A DNA stretch of 64,000 nt from the human T2T-CHM13v2.0 reference genome, Homo sapiens. The DNA lies in assembly GCF_009914755.1 (NCBI RefSeq), contig NC_060926.1, one strand, 5' to 3'. The position numbers were made by a program, and so were the translations under genes. The notes beneath the pieces were generated by a model. That model had not been told where the DNA came from, made no database searches, and saw only the letters and a program-made list of their open reading frames with translations. This document shows, in pieces, positions 29,136 through 42,651 of the stretch (the first letter of the stretch is position 1; each line of letters begins with the position of its first letter).

Positions 29136-32100
29136 TTACTCAAAACTACAAGTCCCAAGCAAAGTGAACTATTTGTTCCTGGAAGTATTTAATAAGTTGC
29201 AAATGCAGTTCCTTTCATAATATCTCAGCACCAGAAACAAAAATTAAGATTATCAAAGCATTTTGAATAGTGCACTGCCATGTGTCCTGTCTGTGAATGA
29301 AGAAGAATTACCATTCTCTCTTTGTAGGCATGCTGTATGTAATTGACACAAGGGAACAGTATTTGCATTTGTACTGTCTTAGAATATTATTTATTTTTTT
29401 GTATTTGTAAATCTGTGGACAAAAGAGGGTTTCCTCACTCCTTTTACTCACTGGGCTCATGACAGTGAAGGAGATGCTCCATCTGCTTCTCCCCCTTTCT
29501 CTTGCTGTAGTCCAATGTGCTATGAGCATCAGCTTACTTTGTCACTTAGAGCAAGCAAAACCCAGTGCAAGAGTCTCGTTCAGCTCTAAATAGGTTTGCT
29601 TTCTTTTAGTTACAGTGCCCATTTTGAAATTGCCTATACAGTCTTAGTGACCATTTAAACCGGACGAACTAGGTGTTTAATTTTCACTCTTCATGTTCAA
29701 TTAGCAGTTCAAATTAAAGAAGATGGTTATTGGAGAACTTTTTTGAATGGTTTTGTATTAAATTGCTTTGAAATAGATTTCATTTCTTGTGCACACAGCC
29801 AAGATTTCTTCAATGGGTGTGAGCTAGTTGAGGGTTAACCTTGTAGGTTGCAGAGTGTATTTGTTTGTTTGTTTGTTTTTCTCTGTGATGAGGTCAGTGC
29901 TCTGATTTTGAAGGAGGATATTCACTGAAGCTCATAGTTATAAACAAGGAAATCACTGTTAAGAATGGGAATTTGTCCTGTGTTCTGGGAATAACATAAA
30001 GAGAGCAACTGATTTCAGCCAGGTTTTGCCACTACCCTATAATTAGTGCAGTCTTATGTTATAAAAGAAAGAAGTTAACTATATTTGGGGACAAAAAAAT
30101 ATTTCAAGAGTTGATAAAGATTACCTGTGCAGTGCAGAGCACTTTAATGCAACCAGCTTTCAAGAAAAAGCCCTATCTAGTACTTGATGTTGATGTTTTT
30201 ATTTTGCTGAGCAAAATAAAGCCAATGGGAGAAAGACTATTTTACCCTTTGCTTTTCTCCTTAAACGTAATCCAGATGACTTTCCTGTTACTAAACACTG
30301 AGCAGCATTACACTACAATGCTTCTTTGGTTTCCAGGAATTTTTTTCAAATGGGGCTGTTTCTGGAAAAATGAAAAATTCTATTGGACAATGGCAATATC
30401 AACAATGAGGAAAATTACTGAAGAATAAGTTTCCATAAGTCTCCTACATAGCAGTGTTATTTATGTACAGATAAGAAAACCATATGTCAGCCAAAGATTT
30501 TATCTCTTCTTCTAACTTTTAGTAAGAGGAAAAAGGGATTATAAAACCCTTCATAAATCAAGAAGGCCATCACTTAGAACGAACCCCAAACAAAAATGCC
30601 ATAATATAAATGTGTGAATCAGGGCTGTGAAGACAACAGCAGAAATGCTAACAAGCGTGCAGAAACACCAGAGAGTGCGTATCCTGCTCAGAACCATTCA
30701 CATTTAATTCAATTCTTGGAAAAAATTAAAGCTTTTTGCCCACAATTTGCAATCTGTGGGTTAATAGTTAAAAGAATGTTCCCAACCAAAAAATTCTTAC
30801 CGTAATATTATATCTTGCCCTACTTATTTACAAAATAATATGTTTCTGTTATGGTCCTTAGTAATAATTGAAGAGGCTTAGAAATACATCTGCTTGTTTA
30901 TTGAGAAAACGATGCAAATAATTCTGCTTTTAGAGCCTTGTTATTTTATTTCACAAAACAGGCATATGTCTAGGAGTGTAATTTGTGGATGGTTGAGTTT
31001 GTAAGAACAATCATAAAAGGACTTGTTAGTCTCCAGAACATCTGCTAAAATGCAAGTATATGTATAAGGTAATAGCATATTACAGCTGAAAATTTTGAGA
31101 AGGTAAAAGTTTCTTAATTAAAATATGAACATATTTAGCTTGCTTTAGTGTCTGGGGCAAGTCCTCTCAATGGCTAAAATTAACTTTAGAGATCCATGTG
31201 TTCAGGTTTAGATCATATGACACTCGAGCACAGAAGAATAATTTCAAGGAGGTCATCTTGTAAATTAAAGGTTTAGAAGAATTGCATAAAACGTAGTAAA
31301 TGGGGTCTGTCATTAGCAAAGGCAAATCTAAGCAATCATTTTTCCCCCCAGAAGTTACTTAGAAGGAGAACTGGGAACACTTGGGGTCTCTCTAACTGAT
31401 GGCATTCACTTCACACAGTCGTCTATGTTATCCAGAGATTTTTATTTCATTTTACATTTTAGGGCACAGTTCTTTGGGGCTAATTAAAATGGGGTTTGCA
31501 GGCTTTTTATGGTGAAGAATAATATATCTCTGTCTATAGCTTTCCCATGGTAGCCTGATAAGGCTGAGAGAGAAAAATATGTGCAGTATCTCATCCTCCC
31601 CCTGTACCAGGCCATAGCTTTGAAGTGTATTTTGTAAATTCAACTATAGGTTAGTCAGAATGCTGTTTTTCGTTAATTAACTTAGCCTGTGTTGATATCT
31701 CCTCCTTCCTGGTCACATTCAAACCTTCCCAGAGTACAAAGGGGTATGTAGAAAGGATTCCAGAAGAAGTAATACTTTATTCTCTAATGTTAATAGCTTT
31801 TCTGGATCTCTTAGTAGGGGGAAAGTAGAAAATCGAGTAGAATTTGGCCTCAGGTCAATAAATGATATAAAAACATGTGTTCTATTTATGTATATATATG
31901 TATGTTTCTCCAAAAAGTGATAAAACCAAAATATCACTGACTCATCCCTACCCATATTCTTTTCATAAAACCCACTCACCAGGTACAATAGAAACTTCCC
32001 TCCTTGTTTGTCAGCCTCCTGTTCATGTTCCCCACACACCTGAAGGTGGTAGAATCTTTTCAGCCTCTTAGCCAGTGAGCTAAATATGGCTAAGCACAGG

Positions 32101-34610
32101 TCATAAGAGCACCTAAGGCCAGCATATAAGCCAACTACAGTTCACCTTTCCAAATTTGGTCCTATGGATGTTGAGCATAGGGAAGCAACTCTCAGTATTT
32201 TGGATTATTCAAGTGTATGTGGTAAAAATGCAGATGATTGCTGCTTTACCCCAGGGTTTATTAGCATCCTACTTCTGCTGGGCTGCATCATTATATAATG
32301 CCACAGGCATCTAGTCAAGGTAAAGAAGCCAGAAAGGTTAGGCAAGAAGTGAGATAAAATCAGATCACCTTTGATCAAAATGGTTGGTGAACCTCCACAT
32401 GTCCAGTTCTGTTGCCAAACTTTCCATTCAGAGTATTTGGTGGAGTTTGAATTTGAGCAAACTAAATGCCTTCATCTTAGGTAGAAAGGGCCTGAATCTT
32501 CCATTTTATATTCAAACCTCATTGTTATTTGGCCTAAGTAAAAAGTCAGATTTCATTTCCATTTACCTGAGTTCGCTTTAAAGAGCTTTTCAAAGAGAGC
32601 TTTATAGACACCCACAATTGTCCCCAATCTCTTCATGATGTTGCATTAATAGTTGTTTTTGTCCCTTTCTTGGAAATGTTAATGCCAAAGTTGCCTGAAC
32701 ATTGGGCGGTTTTCTTAATTTGAAGTATAAAAATTATAAAGAGTAATTCCAAAGGTATTAAAAGATTGTTTAACAGTATGTGTGGTGATGTCATTATCTC
32801 CAGAGAGGCTTCAAGAAATCCTTTGGAAATAAAAAGTTAAATGTTTACATTTCATGTGGTATTTCAGGTCTTCAGGTTCTGATTAGCTTACTTTTTTCCT
32901 TTGTCTTTGGCTGATTTCTGCTTTGTAGATAAATAATAATAGCCCTGAGATGTTTCTAACATTTAAATAAGAAAAAAATCAAATCGAAGTCAGCCTGCTG
33001 GAAAAGTGATCACATGGCAGTTGCAGTAACTTGTATGGAAAGAGAAAATGCAATGAGCCCAGTTACTGCACTTGCCACTACCATGCTGTCCATGGAAGGA
33101 ATAATCAGCAGTTCAGTTGTCACAAGCCGCCCTTGAAGAAAACGCAGCAAAATATTTTAAAATGAAGATATTGCAGTCCCCAGAGCCAGTGAAGGTTTCT
33201 TTTGGTAAAATGAAATTGTGCCATTGTCAAAGTACCCCGTAGTGATGAGCACTGACTGGTTCACTGGCCACATTTTAGTTCTTCATAATAATAGGCCACA
33301 AAAGGGCTCTGTGGTTTGCCTCCATGTGCACTGGCCCCTCCCCACCCCTAGGGGGCACTCAGTAGCTGCTGAGAAGGCCTGTCCACGAGGCTGTTGGAAC
33401 CCCTCCAATAAATACTTAGAGGTAGTGTATCTGATGCTTGTTTTCATGGAGAAACTTGTATTGGAGAACTTAAAACATCACGAATATTTTTAATAGGATC
33501 CGCAGACACCCAAAGGAGAAGCTTGGTCTTTTCCAGGTATTTCCAACTTGAGTTCAACCCAAAGCCTTTGAAAGGAATGCATTACCACATGACCACATGC
33601 TGAGACCCCATGGGGTCTAACACGGGACCTAAGAAAGTCTCTGCAGCCAGATAGTACATGGTGTCTCCACAAAACTAGGCATTCTGGAGATTGCCCAGAA
33701 AGGGATGTGAGGGGACCGTTAAGATCTGTCTTGCTTATCTCATGCACTCACATTCCTTCAGCCTCCTGGAGTTCCTGATAAAAGGAAGCCAGGGTGTTGA
33801 CATTTTTTAGCTATTGATTTCCCAATAGCTTGTGGATCAGTTGTACACCCACACTTCCTTCTCTGCCTAATTCCGTTTTTCTGGAAAAAGTAGTATGCCC
33901 ATGTATGTGTGTTTTTCTTAACACAGGTCCATGAAAGTTTGGCTTCCTGGTTTGATGTCTGTTGCGTGGCCTGGAAACCAGGGAGCAGCAACTATTGAGA
34001 TGGTTTCTGTGTTCAGTGAAAAATTCTATTTCATTGAGACAATTTTTTCTTTATCCACAGTAATTTTTTGACACTGTCATCATGAAACTACCCTTAGGAA
34101 AATAAGATTACCTGCAAAAAAAAAAAAGAAATGAGTTATGGAATAGGAACAGTTATGTGATGATTCTGAAACTTTAACTTAGAGCTTCATTACTTTAAGA
34201 ATGGAAAACAACCTCTGAGTTTGATTTCCCAAAGTTTCATAAAGCCCCTAAGCTCATGATTTTCATCAACTCTTTGCCCACATAGTCATTTACCTCCACA
34301 GCCGTTTGTTGTCATAGAAGGGGTGGTGGTGTTTGGATTTGATTTTTTTCAACTTGCAGTGAGAAATAGGATAGGTGACAAAACCTTACTTGTTTTCTTA
34401 AGACAATTCAGTGCTTGAGCATCTCTGTCAGAAATGGAATGAAATACTGTTAGCCAATTAGAATTATTTTATGTATTGTTATTGTGTTTTGCTGATTTTT
34501 ATATGAAAATATAATTATTCATTCTTGATCTCTGGAAGCAATCATTATTATGAGGATCATTTTACTTTGGAAACACTTTCATAATAAAGATAAGTATTAA
34601 GAGTGCAGTG
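29136..34610 (+). other. CERS6: CERS6 long 3'UTR (~5.5 kb)
   Basis: Follows the stop codon; AU-rich and free of recognisable Alu/L1; ends after AATAAA 34583-34588. The 3' end is approximate. Confidence 0.8.
34583..34588 (+). terminator. CERS6: Distal polyadenylation signal of CERS6
   Basis: AATAAA at the end of the repeat-free UTR block, with U-rich sequence upstream and GT-containing sequence downstream. Confidence 0.7.
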
Positions 34611-35399
34611 TAAGTGCCCTTTACTGTAAATGCTAACCAGCTCGTGTGGGTAAAACATCACATCTCACCTGATGAGGTTAATAAAGGCTCACATCATCCC
34701 AGTAGATTGTTACAAGCCTCGTCAACTCCCAGTATCATTGTGATCATTGAGAAAGTAATGTTACGTTAACTTGGATAGACTGTAGTATCTCTTTGAAAAT
34801 TAAGATTAAAACCTCAATGCTAAATTTTATGTAGCACTTTATTCTGGAAAACATGGTTTATAGAGATCATCTGAAATATATCAGGTTATGCTTATTTTTA
34901 AAAAAATTTTAAAAGAGGCACCTAGGATAAACACCCAAAGCACAACACAAAACTTCCCTTCTCTGTGTATGCACCCCTCATCGGAGTTTGGCCCACATCA
35001 TCTTCTCTTGGTTTGTACCTCACTTTGCTAGAACTTCTCTCCATCTTTCTCTGTCTTTCCTGTGAAATACCTCTCTCAATCTGCTCTTCTGCTCTAAGCT
35101 TAGGTCTTCTAGTACTCAAAAGCCGTAAAAATAGCACTGAAATTCAACCAGACACCCCACCACTATCACAAGTATTATAAAAAATAAAGCAGATACCCTA
35201 TTAAAATCTTATAAACATTATAACCACCCCCAACAATAGAATAACTCATGCTGATTTCAAGCATGAGTTATTCTAATAAGTTAAACCACCAACATTCCTC
35301 TGAGACACAAAAATACAGACTATGAAAAAATATACTTTTTTGGAATCCATGAATTCTTCAGTTCTACAAAACATAGCATAATCTAATGCAATAAGCATC

Positions 35400-35698
35400 T
35401 GTCTTAGTCTGCTTTCTGCTGCTGTAACAGAATACCACACACTGGGTAATTTATAAAGAATGGAAGTTTATTGGGCTCATGGTTCTGGAGGCTGGGAAGT
35501 CCAAGAGCATGGTGCTGGAAACTGGTGAAGGTCATCACATGGCAGAAGGTGCCACATGGGAGAGCAAGCATGCTAGACAGAGGAAACTGAGCCAAACTCA
35601 TCCTTTCATCACTCCTGAAATAAAAGCATTAATTCATGCATAAGGACAAGGTCCTACCTTAAAACTTGAGTTTTGGAGAGGACATTCAAACTATAGCA
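35400..35698 (-). mobile_element. MST-type MaLR LTR (internally deleted)
   Basis: TGTCTTAGTC...GGTTCTGGAGGCTGGGAAGTCCAAG...CATTCAAACTATAGCA. Confidence 0.75.
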
Positions 35699-36061
35699 GT
35701 ATCTCTCCCAAGTAGCCAAAATGCAACTCCCTTTTCTCTAGGCCCCATTGCTTACTACTGGGGCTGCCATATCCAACCTAAGCATCTGTTATTCCTGCCT
35801 CCTAATTCTGTTTCCACCAGCCGTGCTCTTGCTTCAGTGGGAACAGTGGCAACAATGCTAACAACATTGAGAGATGATAGGACAACAAAGGGGGAGAGCT
35901 GTGTACCAAGAACTACTGGGATGCTGGGTGGTCCCTCAGAACCAATTAGCACAGTAACTGGATCCTGGGACCCACACCCTTAATTATTCTCAAAGTGCTG
36001 GAGCACAAAGAAACAAAAGTTATATTATTCCTAAACATTAAAATTTTAAATTTTTTAATTA

Positions 36062-36355
36062 AAAAAAAAATTAAGGACAGGGTTTCTCTCAGTTGCCCAG
36101 GCTGGAGTGCAGTGTTGCGATCATAGCTTGCTACAGCCACAAACTCCTGGGTGCAAGCAATCCCCCCAAGCTCAGCCTCCCAAGTCGCTGGGACTAGAGG
36201 CACACACCACCAAACCCAGTTAATTTTTTAAATTTTTCATAGTGGTGAAGTCTTGCTGTGTTGCCCAGGCTGATCTCAAACTCCTGACCTCAAGCAATCC
36301 TCTCACCTTGGCCTTGATGTGCTGGGATTACAGGCATGAGCTACTGCACCCAGCC
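36062..36355 (-). mobile_element. AluJ
   Basis: Diverged Alu dimer. Confidence 0.85.
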
Positions 36356-37494
36356 TGAAATTTAAAAATTATATAAAGTCTGCCTTAGCCAAGGTCCAGG
36401 TGGGAAACAGTCACTGTCAGATGGTTAAGTTGAAGAAACTTTAATAAAAGGATGACTTTACAGAGGCATGGGCTGGATTACATCAAACAAGGGAGAGTGA
36501 GGCACCCAGAGGGTAACAAGTATGGGAAGCCTTTACCACCCCTGGGTTGTAACCAGAGGCCAGTGAGAGGGGCTAGTATGGAAGAGAGGCCACTCTTTGG
36601 GGGCTACAAACCTGGATGGAAAGAAAATACCCCAATGTCTCTCTCTTCCTGCCTTGTTATACCACGCATTGGCTGGACTCAGCAGAAAGCTGACAGTGCG
36701 GAGCCTGGGGGACGTAGGCTACAGGGTTCAGCCTCCCATGGTGCACAGCAACAATAGATGCGGGAGAGCAAACCAAATAAGCAGCATAAAGCCAGTATTC
36801 CTAGAGCCTCCCATAGAGTCTGGCATGTAATAGGACACAAGAAATGTTTGTCGAAGAAACAAATGAACCCAGTTACGAGAGAACTAGTAAGATGGGAGCT
36901 GTTAGCAATTAACATTCCATCTATTAGGAAACAAGCAGGAGACAGTACTTTGTCTCCAACTCTTTCTGAACTCAGGATTTCCCTGTGTGGGTTCCGCTTC
37001 TCTCACTGGTGCCTCAGGCACAGAAGCTGAGGGGCTTTATGGCAGGCTTGGATAAGGGGATTTGACACCAGCATCCCAAGTCCAGGCATCACGGGAGGGA
37101 GATGCAGGACTGAGACTAGAGAAGTGGCTAGAAACAAGCTAAGAGGAACTGAAGAGAGAGGACATGAAGAACTAGAGAATGAATGAAACAGTTGTGAAAC
37201 AAGGCAAGAAGGTCTATGCTCCAGCATTCATGACTAAGTTTTGAAGCACATCTTCAGGTAAGAAGTTTATTTTTTTTTAACTTACTGAATAATATAAAAT
37301 ATCTGCAGAGCCAAAAATAAACAGCAAAGGCTCAGTTCCCTGGCTGCGTAATTCAATCACTCAAAAATACTTATAGAGAGCCCACTAGGTGCCAGGAATT
37401 ATTGTAGACACTAAGGACAGAATGATAAATAAGACAGATAAGTTCCTACTTCTATGGAACTTACAATAAAGGGAAGCAAAAAACAAATAAACAA

Positions 37495-38440
37495 GGAGCT
37501 GCACATCATATATCATCAGGGAAATGCAAATTAAAACATCAATGGGATACTACTACAAATGTCACAGAGTGGCCAAATTCCAGAACACTAACAACACCAA
37601 ATGTTAACAAGCATGTAGGGGAACTCTGTTGATTGCTGGTGGAAATGCAAATGGTTCACACACTTTAGAAGACAGTTTGGCAGTTTCTTGTAAAATTAAA
37701 CATACTCTTCCCGTATGATCCAGCAATCATACTCCTTGGAGTTTACCTGAAGGAGTTGAAAATTTATGTCTGCACAAAAACCCATACATGGATGAAATTT
37801 ATACATACATAGCAGCTTTATTCATAGTTGCCAAAACGTGGAAGCAACCAAGTTGTCCTTCGGTAGGTGAATGGATAAGCAAACTGTGGTACATCCAGAT
37901 AATGGGATATTATTCAGTGCCAAAAAGAAATGAGCTATCAAGCCACAGAAAATATATGGGGAAACTTAAATACATGTTACCTAGTGAAACAGCCAATCTG
38001 AAAAGGTTATGTACTATATGATTCCAACTATATGACATTCTGGAAAAGACAAAACTGTGGAGACAGTGAAAAGATCAGTGGTGGCCAAGGGTTGCAGGCG
38101 AGAGAGGGATGAATAAACAGAATAGATTTTTAGGGCCAGGAAACTACTATATATGATACTTTAATAGTGGATACATGTCATTATACATTTGTCCAAACCC
38201 ATAAAATGTACACCACCAAGAGTGAACCCTCATGTAAACTGTGGACTCTGGATGATAATTATGTGTCAATGGAGGATCATCAGTTATAACAAATGTACCG
38301 CTAGTGGGTGATGTTGATAATGGGGGAGGCTATGCAAGTGTGGGGGCACGAGGGTTATGGGAAATTTCTGTACCTTCCTCTCAATTTTGCAGTGAACCTA
38401 AAACTGCTCTAAAATAATAAAGTCTATTTTAAAAAATAAA
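37495..38440 (+). mobile_element. L1M (MB/MC-type) ORF2 end + 3'UTR fragment
   Basis: CATCAGGGAAATGCAAATTAAAAC...GAACCTAAAACTGCTCTAAAA; the ORF at 37788 (AALFIVAKTWKQPSCPS) is L1 ORF2-like. Confidence 0.85.
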
Positions 38441-38446
38441 CAAGGA

Positions 38447-38840
38447 ATATTAGTTTGCTAGGGCTGCCATTACAAAATACCACAGACCGGGTGGCTCAGA
38501 ACCATGAGAAAATAAATTCAAGAACAAAGTGTATCTTCTCACAGTTCTGGAGGCTAGAAGTCCAAGATCAAGGTGCTGTCAGGATTGATGTCTCCTGAGG
38601 CCTCTCTTCCTGGCTTACAGATGGCTCCTTCTTACTTTGTCTTTCCTCTGTATATGTCTGTATCCTAATCTCTTCTTCTGAGGAATCTAGTCATACTGGA
38701 TTGGGGCCCAGCCATATGACCTCATTTTACCTTAATCACCTCTTTAAAAGCCCTACATCCAAATATTGTCACCTCCTGAGGCAATAGAGGTTAAGGTTTC
38801 AACAAGAATTTGGAGGAAGACACAATTCAGCCCTTAAAAC
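38447..38840 (-). mobile_element. MLT1A/B-type MaLR LTR
   Basis: TATTAGTTTGCTAGGGCTGCC...CACAGTTCTGGAGGCTAGAAGTCCAAGATCAAGG...CACAATTCAGCCC. Confidence 0.75.
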
Positions 38841-38865
38841 AAGGCAATTTCACATAGTGACAAAG

Positions 38866-39481
38866 TGATATGGTACGGCTGAGCTCCCCACTAAACCCCA
38901 CCCTTAAGCCTGGAACCTCGGCCCTAAGTAAAAACAGCTGACCCCATTTTTCCGCCCAAATGTTGTTTTTTTCGCCTGCCATGCCCTTATCCTGTGCCCA
39001 TAAAAGGACTCAGCTGGCAGAGCAACACAAGCAGCTGAGCGTTGAGGATACAAGCTGCTGAGTGTCGGGGATACAGGTGGCTGAGTGGTAAGCAGAGAAG
39101 CAGCAACAAGAGTGTTGGAGACTACAGATAGATGCGACTAACTTCAGACGGTGCAGCTTCAAGGAAAGATCACCTTCTTTCTGCACCATCCCCTTTCCAA
39201 CTCCCCATCCCACTGAGAGCCACTTTTATCGACCAATAAAATCCTCTGCGCATACACCGCCCTTCAATCCATTTATATGACCTGATTCTTCCTGGATGCC
39301 GGACAAGAACCAGGGTGCCAAGAGGACAGGGACTCGGATGCCACTGCAGGGCCCACACAAAGCCTGTTTTTGCCAGAGAGGAGCAACCAGCTAGTTCCAG
39401 CATTCAGCAGGCTGAGTGAAACAAGCCACGCCAGTTCCTGCCCAAAAAGGGGGTCAATGTCAAGGGAACAATCCCATCTCA
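38866..39481 (+). mobile_element. Solo ERV1 LTR (LTR27/LTR28-like)
   Basis: TG...CA termini, 4-bp TSD AAAG, CCCATAAAA and AATAAA (39235). Family assignment from recall. Confidence 0.7.
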
Positions 39482-39499
39482 AAAGGACAAAAGTAATGA

Positions 39500-39915
39500 A
39501 GAAATAAGGGGATTTCATGGTGATTGCCAGGGCTCTTCAGATTGGGTGGTTAAAGGCACCTTATGGACAGGTGATCTGAGCTAAGACCTTACTGACAGGA
39601 GCAGCCAGTGGGGGAATCTTGCATAGGAGCAATCCAGACAGAGGCAGTGGGAACCTGAAAGAGAAAGGCTGCAAGGTGGGACTATGCTTCTAAATTCAAG
39701 GAATAACAAGAAGGCCAGTGTGGATGAAGCATAATGAACAAAAGGAAGGCGCAGGCCATAAGACTGAAAAGTTAGCAAGGGACAGATCATATAGGGCCCA
39801 TATCCTATTCCCGTGGTAAGGAGGGCAAGTTTTAGGCTAAGAGTAGTGGGAAACATTTCAGGGATTTGAGAAGGGAGTAGCGTAATCTTATTGGTTGTCA
39901 TCTTTAATAAGAGAA
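39500..39915 (+). mobile_element. L2 fragment
   Basis: CTGAGCTAAGACCT...GGAATAACAAGAAGGCCAGTGTGG...CAGATCATATAGGGCC motifs. Confidence 0.6.
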
Positions 39916-40859
39916 AGGACATGAGCTAAACAATGGAACAAATACAAATTTGTATGTATAACTGGAAAAAGCCTTCTCAAACTCCTAGTGTGTCAGTAGT
40001 GTCTGCATTGCGCGACAAGGCAGGAAGATGGGCACATGGCCATGGGAGGATATAAAGGATTACATATTACTGAAGATTTAACCCCCAAGCAAGAAAGTCA
40101 AAGTCCTGATGGAGAATGAGAGGTGGAAGGTTTTGCTGTAAGTATGCTGAGATCTGGGACAGGAAATGCCTCCAGGTCACTTCAAGGAAAGCAACTTGAA
40201 AAAAATATGAGAAACTGGCAATCATCAGCCAGAGGAGATCCTTAGGTAGGAAGGCAAACTTCCTGACTAAAGGCAGTTCTTTTCCATTGTTTTGTTAACA
40301 ACTTTCTGTATGTAGTTCAAAGGCACCTAGTGGACTGTGGATTGATGGATGAGACCAATTTCCGTAGCACCTCTCTGGAGCAGGAGAGAAGCCAAAAATG
40401 ACAACTCACTGTTTGTAGATTTCACAACTGCTAGTTGTGACCCTGCCTAGCTTAGCATCACATCACTACCCAGGGAGGTGAGATAGAGAAGAGAATCAAC
40501 CTTGTTTTCCTACTGTGTGTCAGGCATAATGCTGGGTGCAAAACTGCCTCAGTCAAGCCACTTATCCCCTGAAATGTAGATACATTTTATTCTTGTTATT
40601 CATGATAGTTACGTTCCAAAAAGTCACTGGAAGCGCTGAATTGGCCAATGCTGGATCATTACTCCTAGGAGAAATACAGGGTTAGGTTTCCGGGACCCTC
40701 TGGTCACATTTCATCAACTGATTAATACGTAACCTTGCTTTATGTGTATTTGTTTAAAGACTTCCTATTTAATCTGTATTATTAGTTAACTACCATTGAA
40801 CTCATAGCCAACTGCACTATAACTCATTCCTGAATGAAGCTTATCAACACATGCATTCT

Positions 40860-41585
40860 TGTAACTGCCCAGTGGGTTCTCCTTGCCAGCTGCCCAGATA
40901 CAGCTGATTTATCAAGATAAAGGAATTGCAATTGAGAAAGAGTTTAATTCACACAGAGTTGGCTGAATGGAAGACTGGAGTATTATTATGCAAATCAGTC
41001 TTCCTGAAAATTCAGAGGCTAGGGTTTTTTCAAGAATAATTTGGTGGGCCAGAGAGTGGGTGCTGCTGATGGGTTTGTGATGCAATCATAGAGGTGTGGA
41101 AAATGGTCCTTGTGAGTGCTCAATTCACTTCTGGGTAGGGACACCACCTGGGTGGGGCCACAGGCAGGTTCAGGTGGAGACATTGGTCATCAGAAATGCA
41201 AAAACCTGAAAAGACATCACAAAAGGCCAATCTTAGGTTCTATAAGACAGATGTTATCTGCAAGAGTAATTGGGGAAGTTGCAAATCTTCTGGAGGTTAC
41301 TCCAGAATAATGGTTTATAATCCTTTATGTCTACACCTTAGCAGAATTTAGGCTCCTCTCATTCTCCTAACCTGGTGGTCTTTCATTAGCTTTACAAAGG
41401 GTGGTTTAGTTTTGGGGAATGGCTATTATTTAAACTATAAACTAAATGTTCCCAAGGTTAGCTTGTCCCAAGCCCAAGGAATGATTTAGGGCAGTTTGGA
41501 GGTTAAAAGCAAGATGAGGGTTAGTTAGATCAGATTTCTTTCACTGTTGTAATTTTCTCACTGTTATTTTGCAAAGGTGGTTTCA
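40860..41585 (-). mobile_element. LTR8B-like solo LTR (ERV1)
   Basis: Reverse complement starts TGAAACCACCTTTGCAAAATAACAGTGAGAAAATT and ends GGGCAGTTACA. Confidence 0.8.
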
Positions 41586-41859
41586 TTTTCTCCATAAGGC
41601 ATATCACAGCTTTCTTACAATTAAGCACCCTAGACAGCACTTTAGCACTACACGTGGGCGCCACTTTAAACAGCAAAATCACCAACAAAACGCACAAAGA
41701 TGCAAAAGTTGTGTCACTAGACAGACTACAAAAAGGAAATTATTTGTTTACAGCATGAGTTGAATGAAGAAGGCAGAATGGCGCCTTGTTCAGCCGCAGC
41801 TGAGAATGTGTGCATCGAGTGACTCAAAATTTTCACCATAGATGACTATAAAAGCTGCA

Positions 41860-42601
41860 TGTATTCATCAGGGTTCTCCAGAGAAGCAGAACTGTTACAG
41901 TATGTAGCTAGTCAGTCATGAGCAGGGCAGAAGAGGGCCACCCCTGAACCAGGAATGTCAGGCGACTATCAGGTGATAGTCAGGTGGTTGTTACACTGTT
42001 TCTCTAAAATAATAATTGGTCAACATGGTGTCAAGGAAAGGCAGTCTCCCAACAGATAGAAAAAAACCTGAAACTGGTTATCAGCAGCTTCCCAATAAGA
42101 TCTCAGGAGTTGGGTGAGTGGGCTCAAGCATGCTTATTAAGAGGCAAAATTGTGAAGTTTAACTGTTAAATGTCCTTCTAGGAGCATTCAACTGGTAAGG
42201 GAAGAAGGCCTCAAGTGAGCATGCATACAACTCCAATAAACACACTGCAAGTGCAGCCCCACCCAAGTGCTAGCAGGCACTACGCATGCAGACAGCCCAC
42301 CTCAAGGGAAGAATCGGGAGAAGGGATGCAAGACCTCGGAAGTATGCCAACATACAAAACCCCAAGTCAAAGGTCAGACCAGGCACTTGATCTCTCAAGT
42401 TGCCCGCTTGGCCATCTTCCAAGTAACTTTCATTCTTGCGCTAAAACTTTTAAATAAACTTCACTCCTGCTCTAAAAAACTTGCCTTGGTCTTTCATTCT
42501 GCCTTATGCCCCCGCAGTAAAATTCTTTCTTCTGAGAAGGCAAGAATTGAGGGTGCTGCAGGCCTGTACAGATTTGCCGACAGTAACAGAACCAATAAAA
42601 T

Positions 42602-42651
<50 letters not shown>

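Noticed and set aside
34116-34127. A-run as a CERS6 mRNA end or retrocopy tail
   Set aside because: Genomic A12 with no TSD and no canonical AATAAA; likely an oligo-dT mispriming site and better explained as a minus-strand pyrimidine tract.
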